From Candidatus Nomurabacteria bacterium (GTDB taxonomy: Bacteria; Patescibacteriota; Minisyncoccia; Phycocordibacterales; UBA9973): a stretch of DNA of 64,000 bases. Below the pieces are notes generated by a model. It saw only the letters and a program-made list of their open reading frames with translations, made no database searches and was not told the DNA's origin. The position numbers and the translations under genes were made by a program. The stretch covers positions 18,387-82,386 of the forward strand of contig JAPLXO010000004.1 of assembly GCA_026396065.1 (NCBI GenBank). The letters run 5' to 3'. Shown piece after piece: positions 1 to 9,223 of this stretch. Positions within the stretch are counted from its first letter, which is position 1, and the number at the start of each line of letters is the position of its first letter.

Positions 1-2851
1 TCTGATCAGTTTTTGATTCTGTTGTAGTGAAAGAATATTCTGGTTCAATGGTGTCTTTTGTAGCGTTAGGATCAATTTTAAAGGTGGCATTAGTAGGAGC
101 TACTTGTTTTTTCGATGTAGTAGGATTAACGGTGATTGATCCTGGGGTAAGTGTCGGAGCTATGAATGATTGGATTGGAGACCATTGGCAGAAGGTCATT
201 TTAGTAGCGCCGGCATTTTCTTTGAGAGGATCTGGGTCGTTCAAACATCTCTGACGCCAGAAATATTGTTGGCCAGGTACAAGCAATGGAAGTTCTACAG
301 AAACCTTACCTGTTAAATTACCATTAGCAATCACGGGCACAGGACCAAAAGAACCAAAATGAAGATCCTTTCTTGGTTCCCAAGAAGGTCCATAATTCTT
401 AGCAACTATTTCAAATTTATATTCTCCTTTAGTACCACCGAATGAAAGCGTTGATATTGTTTTGGATGGATTCTGTGAAATGCCTAGCACCGCTCCACCA
501 GTACTTTGATTAATAATTATCAAAGGTATACCAGATGTTAATACAAGCTGATTGTTTGCTTGAGGTGTTATGTTCATACCAGTAAGTGTAGTCATTTTAG
601 GGAAGAAGTCGTCTATGTTGGAATCGTAGTCATATAGACCAGTCAGGAATGCATTTTGTCTGATCAGATCGTCATTGGCATAATCATATGGTTGATCTGG
701 TGGATTATAGGGATAATATTTATTATTTTCGGTGTAATATCCATTTGCATATGCCACTTTTATATCAGAAATTCGACTCCACTCTAAAATATCTTTAAAC
801 TTATTAACCACCATTTTTCTGGAATCATAATTTTGATTTGGAATGATTTGTCGGGTGACATATAGATCAGAATATTGGTCTGGTGCTTCTCCTGTGCCTA
901 TTTGTGTCGTACTGGTTCCACTACCATTTATTGCAAGGCTTGCAGTATTAGTTTGAGTTGTTTGAGTGTTTGTTCCTATGCCACCAATCTGTGTAGTCGT
1001 TCCTGTTGTATTTGGAGTAATGGTAGGTGACGCATCAAGATTTGGTAATTTATCTAAGTCAGCAATATTTTCAGCTACATCTAGAACATATGCGGTGGCA
1101 GAAGCAGACTTGTTCCAAACTGGGAAATAAAATGAGAATGGTTCACGAGGAGCAGGAACCTCTATAATTCCGTCTTGATAATATTGCACATATACAGGAT
1201 TATTATTTTCATCAATACCTCTCACTCTCCAATATATGTACACATACGAAGGTACACCATTAGCATTATTCCCTCCGGGAATAGTTGCCTGACTTAGCTG
1301 TGCCCCTGGGCTTGAAGCAAAGTTATATTGAAACCCGGGTTTCCATTTGATTAAATCATCATCCATTTTTAAAGGAGCAGTCGGGTACATATCATTACTG
1401 ATGACATTTGTAGTGTGTTGAGAAACTCCACCAGCAGGACTGGTAAAATTAAATGTTGCTAAGTCTGTAAAGGGTGTCGAGTTTGGAAAAGGTGCATCAG
1501 AAAATTGAATTTCATATCTCCTCGCTGCATCAATTTTTTTCCAAGAGATAAATTCATATCCAGGACGATATCCACCTGTAGGCTTTCCATTAAAATAATA
1601 TCCATTATCACCAATACATAGAGGGGTTCCCGTGCCGACATCTGCTCCTCCACGAGCGAAATATATATGACCTACATTTACAGAGCAGTCGTAATAACGT
1701 GGGTCACCTGGGTGTGCTGGAGTAGTACTGTATGATGGAACTTGGATATTAAATGGATTCGCAGAATATCCATCACTGCCATGAAAAATCATATCACCAT
1801 GCACTCTAGCATTTTGCTGATCTACTGGATACACTGACCAGTTATAAGTGTTCAGACCGTATCCAGGGAATGTATAGCTCAAAGTTGTTACTGGTAAGAC
1901 AATATCGATTCCTCCATTAGGTAAACCGGTAGGTAATCCATCAATACCATTGTATGCGACAATATGTAAATGGTGCCCGGTTATTGCTGGCTGGCCTGCT
2001 GGCTGAGAAAAGGGTTTCCATTTTAATGTTACCGGCATTGAAGGCATAGATTCCGCTGGATTGCCAAGGGACCAATACGTTATGGGATATTCTTTTGCAT
2101 TATTTTGATTGTTTTCTTTATATGCTTCAAATATAGAACTGAGGGCTTTATTCCAGATATTTGAATGCGTGTATAAACTATCTGGTGGCCAAGCTAAGCT
2201 CTCATTTCCTCCGAAACCTGCTGGAAGTTTATAACTCGCTTGAATAAAACCTTTTGAGTCAATTTCAGTTGGATCTGCATCTGATGTTGAGTTTGAAGTT
2301 CCCACAATAAATGGATCATTATGTGGAAAAGAACCCAAAAATGGCTGCAGTATGTTTAAATCATATGGCCAACCAGAAACATTTACAGATCCGGTACCAC
2401 TATCATTTAAAATAGAACTTGGATTAGGAAAAGAAAGTGATGTATATTTGTTTGGTATAGAAGATAATTGAGGCAATGGATTGAGCATCGACATGTTTAT
2501 GGTTATAGGTGAAGCAATAACACCTCTATGAGGATTACCCCACCTTTGAGGGCCTCCTTTAACAGCATTTATTGATCCCTCTTTACCAAGAGAGTGGGCG
2601 TCCTCTGCGTTATAAGAAGGCATTCCTACTTCTGAGCATTTGCCAGCATGGGTTAATGAACACGTTGCATTATCATTGGTACAAGACCATACTATTACCT
2701 TAGGAGTGCCATCATCATATTCTTCTGGCACGCCTTGATATTCTGTACTATTTGTAGTACAGCCAAGTTGAATCGCGTAAATAAACTTCGCTCCACTCAA
2801 AACCAACACCATTATTAATAAGAACTTCGAGATATTTATAAATATTTTCAT
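1..2851 (-). CDS. Large secreted protein, partial: N-terminus at 2851, C-terminus beyond the window start. About 950 aa are visible, with a signal peptide (MKIFINISKFLLIMVLVLSGAKFIYA) and Thr/Asn/Gly-rich, beta-rich repeats.
   Basis: Continuous minus-strand reading frame from ATG at 2849-2851 to position 1, translated by eye. The last ~1.1 kb was re-checked codon by codon and has no stops. The ORF is absent from the track because it runs off the window edge. Function is unknown. Confidence 0.6.
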   Translation of the reverse strand, partial: MKIFINISKFLLIMVLVLSGAKFIYAIQLGCTTNSTEYQGVPEEYDDGTPKVIVWSCTNDNATCSLTHAGKCSEVGMPSYNAEDAHSLGKEGSINAVKGGPQRWGNPHRGVIASPITINMSMLNPLPQLSSIPNKYTSLSFPNPSSILNDSGTGSVNVSGWPYDLNILQPFLGSFPHNDPFIVGTSNSTSDADPTEIDSKGFIQASYKLPAGFGGNESLAWPPDSLYTHSNIWNKALSSIFEAYKENNQNNAKEYPITYWSLGNPAESMPSMPVTLKWKPFSQPAGQPAITGHHLHIVAYNGIDGLPTGLPNGGIDIVLPVTTLSYTFPGYGLNTYNWSVYPVDQQNARVHGDMIFHGSDGYSANPFNIQVPSYSTTPAHPGDPRYYDCSVNVGHIYFARGGADVGTGTPLCIGDNGYYFNGKPTGGYRPGYEFISWKKIDAARRYEIQFSDAPFPNSTPFTDLATFNFTSPAGGVSQHTTNVISNDMYPTAPLKMDDDLIKWKPGFQYNFASSPGAQLSQATIPGGNNANGVPSYVYIYWRVRGIDENNNPVYVQYYQDGIIEVPAPREPFSFYFPVWNKSASATAYVLDVAENIADLDKLPNLDASPTITPNTTGTTTQIGGIGTNTQTTQTNTASLAINGSGTSTTQIGTGEAPDQYSDLYVTRQIIPNQNYDSRKMVVNKFKDILEWSRISDIKVAYANGYYTENNKYYPYNPPDQPYDYANDDLIRQNAFLTGLYDYDSNIDDFFPKMTTLTGMNITPQANNQLVLTSGIPLIIINQSTGGAVLGISQNPSKTISTLSFGGTKGEYKFEIVAKNYGPSWEPRKDLHFGSFGPVPVIANGNLTGKVSVELPLLVPGQQYFWRQRCLNDPDPLKENAGATKMTFCQWSPIQSFIAPTLTPGSITVNPTTSKKQVAPTNATFKIDPNATKDTIEPEYSFTTTESKTDQ

Positions 2852-2917
2852 ATACTAAATAATACCATATTTTCAAAAATTACAACCCCCCCGTGGATAA
2901 CTGAAAATAAAAACAAA

Positions 2918-2940
2918 TGTCGGAGGGAAACACTCCGACA
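2918..2940. repeat. Solo REP-like hairpin (tgtcggag-ggaaaca-ctccgaca), preceded by an aacccccc tract.
   Basis: 8-bp perfect stem whose cggaggg core matches the REP hairpins flanking the RAYT gene at 3725 and 4409. The same aacccccc(c) tract precedes the left REP at 3697-3708. Confidence 0.5.
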
Positions 2941-2981
2941 TAAGGTTGCAGAAGAGAAATAAAATTCTAAAAAAGACAAAC

Positions 2982-3011
2982 AAAAAATCCCCATTCAGTT
3001 GGGGATTTTTT
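2982..3011. terminator. Bidirectional rho-independent terminator (tcccca-ttcagt-tgggga) flanked by A-run and T-run.
   Basis: Perfect 6-bp GC-containing stem with a T tract on both strands, lying between convergent genes ending at 3040 (minus) and the upstream large ORF. Confidence 0.55.
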
Positions 3012-3039
3012 GTTTGTCTCAAAAGAAACATGATTAAGT

Positions 3040-3654
3040 TTATCTGTTACCACCAAGTTTTTTTGTACAAGCGGCAACTTCATCATCAATACATTGCAGA
3101 TAATCTGGATATGAGAGATGACGACCACCACATAAATTAATAGCAAATTGTCGACAAAATCCACCATTTGGTGCTTTAAGATCTCCATTACTAGAAACAC
3201 CTTTTGAAATAGAACGATTATACCAATTATATAAAAAGGTTGAAGTTTCAACTTGTTGCTTTTTATCAAAAGCAAGAACAGCTTTTTTAAAATCATTTTG
3301 AAATTTTGTCTGTGCTGTAGTTAATGTTAATGTTGCTCCTGCTTGAGTAGCTCCTGTTCCTGTTACCGTATGTAAAGGAGGATTAATTGGATTTGCTAAA
3401 CAGGTTTGAAAAGTACCTCCAGCTGCATAACAATCATCAAGAGAAGCATACTCTGGAGGACAAGAACCATTAAGACAATAAGTAAAAGGTTGTGGAGTAG
3501 GAGGGACTATTGGAATACTTCCAACTACTGTTGCTGTCTGACTAGATTGTAAAATGAGAGAATCTTTAGCAACACCGAGAAGAACAAAGACCGCAAGACT
3601 AGCCACTACTACACCAGCACTAACGACTAAAAACTTTTTAATAGTATTTTGCAT
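3040..3654 (-). CDS. Secreted Cys-containing hypothetical protein (204 aa) with an N-terminal signal/TM.
   Basis: ORF with a hydrophobic N-terminus (FLVVSAGVVVASLAVFVLLGVA) and multiple Cys. No family recognised. Confidence 0.5.
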   Translation of the reverse strand: MQNTIKKFLVVSAGVVVASLAVFVLLGVAKDSLILQSSQTATVVGSIPIVPPTPQPFTYCLNGSCPPEYASLDDCYAAGGTFQTCLANPINPPLHTVTGTGATQAGATLTLTTAQTKFQNDFKKAVLAFDKKQQVETSTFLYNWYNRSISKGVSSNGDLKAPNGGFCRQFAINLCGGRHLSYPDYLQCIDDEVAACTKKLGGNR

Positions 3655-3724
3655 AAAATTTAATAATTTGACCTATTTTTAATAATATTGTAATTATAAC
3701 CCCCCCCCACAAAAATGCAAGACA

Positions 3725-3743
3725 GCGGAGGGTTCCCCTCCGC
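3725..3743. repeat. REP palindrome (gcggaggg-ttc-ccctccgc), left flank of RAYT.
   Basis: 8-bp perfect GC stem 27 bp upstream of the RAYT start. It is the reverse complement of the hairpin at 4409-4431. Confidence 0.7.
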
Positions 3744-3769
3744 CCTAAACTCTGTTATACTAAATATAT

Positions 3770-4396
3770 ATGTCTACAAGAAAACAATCTTTTGCAATAA
3801 ATGAATTTTATCATCTATATAATAGAGGAACTGAAAAAAGAACAATATTCTTAGAAAAGAAAGATTATGAACATTTCTTGTTTTTAATGCATATTTGTAA
3901 TACGAGCAAAAGTATTGAATTAAGGAAAATTGGTAAAAACTTTGATCGCAAGGAAACTTTAGTTAATATCGGAGCGTACTGTTTAATGCCAAATCATTTT
4001 CATATTTTAGGTTACGAAAAAATAGAAGGTGGAATTTCTAAGTACATGCTTAAACTATTAACTGCATACACAATGTATTTTAATAAAAAATACAAACGAA
4101 CAGGAAAACTATACGAAGGAGTATTTAAATCAATTCATGTAAACACGGACCGTTACTTGAAATACCTTTATTCTTATATACACCTGAACCCAGCAAAATT
4201 AGTTGATAAAAATTGGAAAGAAAACAAAAAAAGAAATACTGCTGAGTTATTAAATTATGTTTTTAATTATAAATATTCTAGCTTAGAAGAGTATTTAAAT
4301 TTAAATTTTAATATAGTAAATCAAAATCCATTTCCAAATTATTTTGGAAAACTAAATGATCATAAAAAAGAACTTTTTGAATGGTTAGAAATTTAA
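3770..4396 (+). CDS. REP-associated tyrosine transposase (RAYT), IS200-like Y1 HUH family.
   Basis: 208 aa with the HUH motif LMPNHFHIL and the catalytic Tyr region YSYIHLNPAKLV typical of RAYT/TnpA_REP (PF01797 family). Flanked by inverted REP hairpins. Confidence 0.75.
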   Translation: MSTRKQSFAINEFYHLYNRGTEKRTIFLEKKDYEHFLFLMHICNTSKSIELRKIGKNFDRKETLVNIGAYCLMPNHFHILGYEKIEGGISKYMLKLLTAYTMYFNKKYKRTGKLYEGVFKSIHVNTDRYLKYLYSYIHLNPAKLVDKNWKENKKRNTAELLNYVFNYKYSSLEEYLNLNFNIVNQNPFPNYFGKLNDHKKELFEWLEI

Positions 4397-4408
4397 AAAT
4401 AACAACGA

Positions 4409-4431
4409 GGGCGGAGGGGAACCCTCCGCCC
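4409..4431. repeat. REP palindrome (gggcggaggg-gaa-ccctccgccc), right flank of RAYT, inverted relative to the left copy.
   Basis: 10-bp perfect GC stem 13 bp downstream of the RAYT stop. Confidence 0.7.
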
Positions 4432-4468
4432 TAGCTCGATTATAATTTTAGGCATATAATTAAAATCT

Positions 4469-5053
4469 ATGGCAAATATAAATCAAAAACCTTCGAAGTT
4501 TATGTACAATCTTTTGCATGTGCTTCCAGCATTTGCAGATGAAAGTAAAAATGTTATTAATGTAATTGTCGAAGTTTCTGCAGGCAGTATAAATAAATAT
4601 GAAATTATCACTGAGTCTGGTCAATTGAAACTCGACCGTGTCGGCTACTCTTCCCTTTCGTATCCATTTACTTATGGGGCAATTCCAATGACTTGGGATT
4701 ATGATGGCGACCCTCTCGATGTAGAAATAGTAAACATTACAGAGCCACTCGTACCGGGATCATTGGTAGAAGCTAGAGTAATTGGTGTGATGAAATTCGT
4801 AGATGGTGGAGAAGTAGATGATAAAATCATAGCTGTTTTAAATGACGACAGACGTTCTGACCATATAAAACATGTCGACGACCTAGGTGAATACTTTAAA
4901 ACACAGACTAAATATTTCTGGGAAAATATAAAATTCTTAAAGAAACCAGGCACAGGAGTAGTAGAGACTTTCTACGGACCAGATGAAGCTATGAAAGTCC
5001 TCAAAGAATGCGAAGAAAAATATAAAAATGAATACGCTCCAAAATTAGAATAG
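4469..5053 (+). CDS. ppa: Inorganic pyrophosphatase (family I).
   Basis: 194 aa with the motifs VIVEVSAGS..KYE and DGDPLDVEIV characteristic of soluble family I PPase. Terminator hairpin at 5060-5092. Confidence 0.85.
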   Translation: MANINQKPSKFMYNLLHVLPAFADESKNVINVIVEVSAGSINKYEIITESGQLKLDRVGYSSLSYPFTYGAIPMTWDYDGDPLDVEIVNITEPLVPGSLVEARVIGVMKFVDGGEVDDKIIAVLNDDRRSDHIKHVDDLGEYFKTQTKYFWENIKFLKKPGTGVVETFYGPDEAMKVLKECEEKYKNEYAPKLE

Positions 5054-5134
5054 TAAAACAAAAAAATCCTTAATAATTTAAGGATTTTTTTATTGACATT
5101 TTGTCTTTTAAATGCTATATATAAATAGATTTTG

Positions 5135-5217
5135 GCACTTTGAAAAAAAAATTTTGGGAAATATTATTGCACTTTCAAGTACTTATATAAAGTATGAGTC
5201 TTTGAAAGTGTAATAAT
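5135..5217. promoter_or_regulatory. Candidate operator: three gcactttSaaR half-sites. These include a 17-bp inverted repeat (attattgcactttcaag / ctttgaaagtgtaataat) with a nested small palindrome in the 20-bp spacer.
   Basis: Seen directly in sequence. Located 25-100 bp upstream of the ORF starting at 5241. Confidence 0.4.
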
Positions 5218-5240
5218 GCACTAATCTCAAAAAATAAACC

Positions 5241-5576
5241 ATGGCGGTAGCAGAAATACAAAACACTGCGACAATTATAAAATATTTGTCGTATGAAATT
5301 TGCCGAATAATTCGGCGTCTAACAAAATACAAAATAAAGGGAGATAAAACCCTAAAACCAGGAGAAATTTGTTTAAATGTTGAAAATCTTGGAGAAACAC
5401 AAGTTTGGATAAGGATAAACAATGGATCACCTGAAGAAAAAGAGGAAATAGTCGAAGAATTAATAGAAACAATAGGTAAACAATTTGGCCCAAAAGCTAC
5501 AATAGAACCTACTGTGAAAACTTTAACAATTTCAATCGATGGCCTAAAAAACAAGCCATCAAAAAAGAAAAATTAG
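5241..5576 (+). CDS. Hypothetical protein (111 aa).
   Basis: Protein-like composition, ATG start, followed by a hairpin plus T-run terminator at ~5594-5625. The overlapping minus-strand ORF 5183..5554 is low-complexity S/F-rich and was rejected. Confidence 0.5.
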   Translation: MAVAEIQNTATIIKYLSYEICRIIRRLTKYKIKGDKTLKPGEICLNVENLGETQVWIRINNGSPEEKEEIVEELIETIGKQFGPKATIEPTVKTLTISIDGLKNKPSKKKN

Positions 5577-5720
5577 TAAAAATTTATCTAAAAAGCCCTG
5601 TTGCAGAAATGTAGCAGGGATTTTTATTTGTAAGATTTGCACATTTGAAACGGCATATATTAGTGTATAATAGAAAGTACAGTCGGTTTATTAGTAATTT
5701 ATTAGTTTAAAAATAATTGT

Positions 5721-6530
5721 ATGAAAAAATATTTAATTTTAAGTTTAGTTTTAGCTATGACTTTAGGTGTATCTGGTGTCACTCGTGCAGAAAATAATGG
5801 TAACGAGCAAGAACAAAATAGAAATCAAGTGCAACAAGATAGAAAAGATATGAGAAATAGTATACAAGATGCTAGAGAAGCATTGCGTGGCGATATTAAA
5901 GGAGAAAGAAGAGATTTAAGAGAAGGTGTAAGACAAGAAAGAGAAGATTTTAAAGATGGGAGAAAGGCTGAATTTGAAGCAATGAAAGCTGATGGAGAAG
6001 TAACTCCAGAAGAAAGAGCTACTTTCAAAGCAGGATTGGAAGCAGATAAAGTAGCACTAAAAGCTGATATAGAAGCTAAAAAATTATCATTTGAAACTGA
6101 AGTAAAAACAAGAAAAGAAGCTTTTAAAAAAGAAACTGAAGAAAAGAAAAGTGCTTGGAGAGAAGAAGCAGAAAAAGTAAGAACAGAAGGTTTAGCAAAT
6201 GCTATTTCAAATATAGAATCAGCTCAAGCAAGACTTTCTCTAAAACTAGTAGAGATGAGTGCAGCAGGGAAAAATGTAACAACAGCACAAACATCACTAG
6301 CTAGTTCAAAAACAAATCTAGAAACAGCAAAGACAAAATTAGCTGCACTTACAATACCTACTACAATGACAGCAGAAGCTTTTGCAGCAATCAAATTAAG
6401 TATAAATGATATAAAAAGTTCATTGATACTATCAAGAGGAGATTTGAACACTGCAATTAAATTAGCAAGATTAGCAAATACTCCTGTAGTACCAGCTTCA
6501 ACGACTACTCCACCCACAACGACTCAATAA
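5721..6530 (+). CDS. Secreted coiled-coil protein (signal peptide, E/K/R-rich, Thr-Pro tail).
   Basis: N-terminal signal MKKYLILSLVLAMTLGVSGVTRA. Highly charged repetitive body. Confidence 0.55.
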   Translation: MKKYLILSLVLAMTLGVSGVTRAENNGNEQEQNRNQVQQDRKDMRNSIQDAREALRGDIKGERRDLREGVRQEREDFKDGRKAEFEAMKADGEVTPEERATFKAGLEADKVALKADIEAKKLSFETEVKTRKEAFKKETEEKKSAWREEAEKVRTEGLANAISNIESAQARLSLKLVEMSAAGKNVTTAQTSLASSKTNLETAKTKLAALTIPTTMTAEAFAAIKLSINDIKSSLILSRGDLNTAIKLARLANTPVVPASTTTPPTTTQ

Positions 6531-6579
6531 TTATTATTAATTAAATTACGCTAAGCGTGATTTTACCAAATCAAATAAC

Positions 6580-6798
6580 ATGGAACAAAAATCAAATGGT
6601 GCATTAATAGGTTCAATAATTATAATAGTATTGTTAATTATTGGTGGAGTTTACCTTTATCAAACAAGTGTAAAACAAAAACTTGACCAAAAAAATACTC
6701 CAGCCACAGTACAAACACAATCTACTACAGATGAATTTTCAACATTAGAAAATGAAACAAATAATATAGATCTAAATAATATAGATAAAAACCTATAA
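6580..6798 (+). CDS. Small single-pass membrane protein (72 aa).
   Basis: TM helix LIGSIIIIVLLIIGGVYLY. Followed by the terminator at 6811-6840. Confidence 0.45.
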   Translation: MEQKSNGALIGSIIIIVLLIIGGVYLYQTSVKQKLDQKNTPATVQTQSTTDEFSTLENETNNIDLNNIDKNL

Positions 6799-6810
6799 AA
6801 AGTTTCTATT

Positions 6811-6840
6811 AAAAAATCCCCTTTAAAAGGGGATTTTTTA
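6811..6840. terminator. Rho-independent terminator (atcccctt-taaa-aggggat plus T-run).
   Basis: Perfect hairpin flanked by A-run and T-run. Confidence 0.6.
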
Positions 6841-6879
6841 ATTTTGACAAAAGAGAGCAATAAATATAATATGGGGAAT

Positions 6880-7935
6880 ATGAAAATAAATATAAAAAAA
6901 TTACCACAAAGCATGGTTGAAATAGAGGGCGAATTGGAAGCTGAAATTTTTGAGAGCTATTATACTAAGGCTTTAAAAAAAATTGGTGAAAATTTAGAAA
7001 TAGATGGTTTCCGTAAAGGTAAAGTACCTGAAAATATCTTAGTATCAAAAGTTCCAGAAATAAAAATTCTAGAAGAAATGGCAGAAATGGCTCTTGGTGA
7101 GAATTATGGAAAAATTTTAGATGAGAATAAAATTGACGCTATTTCACGACCAGAAATAATGATTACTAAATTAGCTAGAAATAATCCTCTCGGATTTAAT
7201 ATAAAAACTGCTATTTTACCAGAAGTTAAAATGGCTGATTATAAGGAAATTGCTAAAAAGGTTTTAAAGGAAATTCCAGAAGAGGATAAAAATATTGTTG
7301 TATCAGGTGATGAAGTAGAAAAAGTAATTTTAGATATTAGAAAATCTAGAGCACCAAGAGTAGAAGTAGCAGAAGGTGCTGAAGCAAAAGAAGGAGAAAA
7401 GGAATTAGAACCAGTACTTCCAGAACTAAATGATGAATTTGTAAAAGGTATGGGACCTTTTGAAAATGTTGATGATTTCAAGAAAAAACTCAAAGAAAAT
7501 TTGATACTAGAAAAAACAAATCAATCAAAAGAAAAAACAAGAATAAAAATGATTGAGGCAATCATTGAAAAATCAGAAATGGAATTACCAGAAATTTTAG
7601 TGAAATCAGAAACTGACAAAATCATTCACAGAATGCAGGGTGACATAGCACAGATGGGTTTGAAATTTGAAGATTATTTAGTTCACCTAAAAAAGACAAT
7701 TGATGAAATTCGTGCAGATTTCAGAAAAGATGCAGAGCAAAGATCCAGACTTTCTTTAGTTCTAGCTAATATTGCTAAATTGGAAAATATAAAACCAGCA
7801 GAAGAAGACATCGAGCACGAAGTTTCTCATATTTTAGAGACATACAAAGATGCGGATCCGGAAAGTGCTAGAATGCATACAGAAAACGTATTAACAAATG
7901 AAAAAGTTTTCCAATTCTTAGAAATACAACAATAG
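6880..7935 (+). CDS. tig: Trigger factor (short form).
   Basis: The hallmark GFRKGKVP motif lies ~45 aa from the ATG at 6880 (MKINIKK...). The track ORF begins at a TTG at 6844, so the start is uncertain. Classic tig-clpP neighbourhood. Confidence 0.75.
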   Translation: MKINIKKLPQSMVEIEGELEAEIFESYYTKALKKIGENLEIDGFRKGKVPENILVSKVPEIKILEEMAEMALGENYGKILDENKIDAISRPEIMITKLARNNPLGFNIKTAILPEVKMADYKEIAKKVLKEIPEEDKNIVVSGDEVEKVILDIRKSRAPRVEVAEGAEAKEGEKELEPVLPELNDEFVKGMGPFENVDDFKKKLKENLILEKTNQSKEKTRIKMIEAIIEKSEMELPEILVKSETDKIIHRMQGDIAQMGLKFEDYLVHLKKTIDEIRADFRKDAEQRSRLSLVLANIAKLENIKPAEEDIEHEVSHILETYKDADPESARMHTENVLTNEKVFQFLEIQQ

Positions 7936-8161
7936 ACAATAAATATAATTTTGCTATAATATGAACATGTTAAGAAAACAAAAAATCAACGTATTACCCG
8001 TACCCCCTACCAGCTTAATGGTGGTTGATTTTTGTGCTCAATAATAAACTCTAAAAGAATTTACTTGAACAAAAAAACCAGCTACCAAGCTGGATTTTTT
8101 GTTGTTTTGTAAATTAAATAATAGTTTAAAGATCCCCAGAAAAGGCTGGGTAGTAAAAAAG

Positions 8162-8338
8162 ATGAAAAAGATTAGAGAACAAATCATTTTCGGAGTAGCA
8201 ATCGTTATTATTATTATAATTATAATAATAGCAGTAGTAGCTACTTCACCGTACTGGATTCTAGGATTAATCCGCCTAAAATTAAAAGGTGACTTAAAGC
8301 CAGATGACTACGGTAAAAGTTGGGGTTCAGCAAGCTGA
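8162..8338 (+). CDS. Small membrane protein (hydrophobic VAIVIIIIIIIIAVVATS).
   Basis: ORF 8099..8338. The likely start is MKKIREQ at 8162. Confidence 0.35.
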   Translation: MKKIREQIIFGVAIVIIIIIIIIAVVATSPYWILGLIRLKLKGDLKPDDYGKSWGSAS

Positions 8339-8358
8339 AATTCCAACATCACATCAAA

Positions 8359-8395
8359 ATCCCTCACTAAAATATATAAAAGTGAGGGATTTTTT
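8359..8395. terminator. Rho-independent terminator (atccctcact...agtgagggat plus T-run).
   Basis: 10-bp perfect stem followed by TTTTTT. Confidence 0.6.
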
Positions 8396-8831
8396 ATTAC
8401 AAATATTCACTTGCAGAATTATTATAATCAGAATAGAATTTAATCAGGATAATTGTCGAAAGCTTTCATAGTGAAACTATTCTCGTTCCGAAAAAGAACA
8501 AGTACCACAAACGGACCGTCGTTTGTTAGGAAATAGTTTGGAGTAGCTATGATTAGGGAAGTTTTTATCGTCAGTTTCGATAATTCATAGTTCATCATGA
8601 GTTGGTCTTGGTTAGAAGTGTAAAGCAGTTAGGCCGTAAAATCGGTATTGGTAGAATACACCGCACCTGGATGGTATCTTTTGTCTATCACACTTTAATT
8701 GAACCGAAGGACACGACAATTTCTCAAAAGGTCATCATTAGCTTGATGACCTTTTTTATTTTGACTAAATAAGCTTTTTTTGATAAAATTTTAATTGATA
8801 TATATAGTACAAATCATTAAAAGAAATAACA

Positions 8832-9137
8832 ATGCGAAAAAACTCATTAGTATTAGAAGAGTTATCGACTAAAATAGGAGGTCTCTTCAAGAAAAATTCT
8901 CCGGAAAAAAATGCAGAGAGAATTGAATTAATAAAAAAATTACGGAAAGAGTGTGGACACAAGAAAGTAATAGAGACTGATATCGATGAAATCGATCACA
9001 GATTCTGTACTATTTGTGGTACACAAGAATATGGTCTCGGCCATAATGAATTAGTAAATTCAAGTAAACGGACTGTTAGTCCTGAAAAATACTTGGAAAT
9101 AAAAGAACAAAAAGAATTTCTGCTATTCAATGAATAG
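8832..9137 (+). CDS. Hypothetical protein with a CxxC...CxxC zinc-ribbon-like motif (101 aa).
   Basis: CGHKK...CTICG. Followed by the hairpin terminator at ~9140-9180. Confidence 0.45.
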   Translation: MRKNSLVLEELSTKIGGLFKKNSPEKNAERIELIKKLRKECGHKKVIETDIDEIDHRFCTICGTQEYGLGHNELVNSSKRTVSPEKYLEIKEQKEFLLFNE

Positions 9138-9223
9138 CCAACGCAATCCTTTTACCAAAAACGGGTTGCGTTTTTGGTTTTAAGGAGGTTGATTTGAAAT
9201 AAAATTAAGTATATTATTGAGTT

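Noticed and set aside
27-254. Plus-strand 75-aa ORF at the window start.
   Set aside because: It lies antisense inside the long minus-strand secreted-protein ORF (1..2851), which has a signal peptide and a clean frame. No independent support.
1459-1653. Minus-strand 64-aa ORF (GTG start).
   Set aside because: It is in a different frame from the long minus-strand ORF that spans this region, so it is an out-of-frame artefact.
5183-5554. Minus-strand 123-aa ORF overlapping the 5241..5576 gene.
   Set aside because: Low-complexity Ser/Phe/Ile-rich translation typical of antisense reading. The plus-strand ORF has a proper downstream terminator.
8396-8762. Considered calling this region RNase P RNA, tmRNA or SRP RNA.
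   Set aside because: None of the universally conserved motifs could be found by eye (no GGAAAGUCC / ACAGAACCCGGCUUA for RNase P, no T-arm/CCA-proximal tRNA-like domain for tmRNA, no GGAAGCAGCC for SRP). It is kept only as an unclassified ncRNA candidate.
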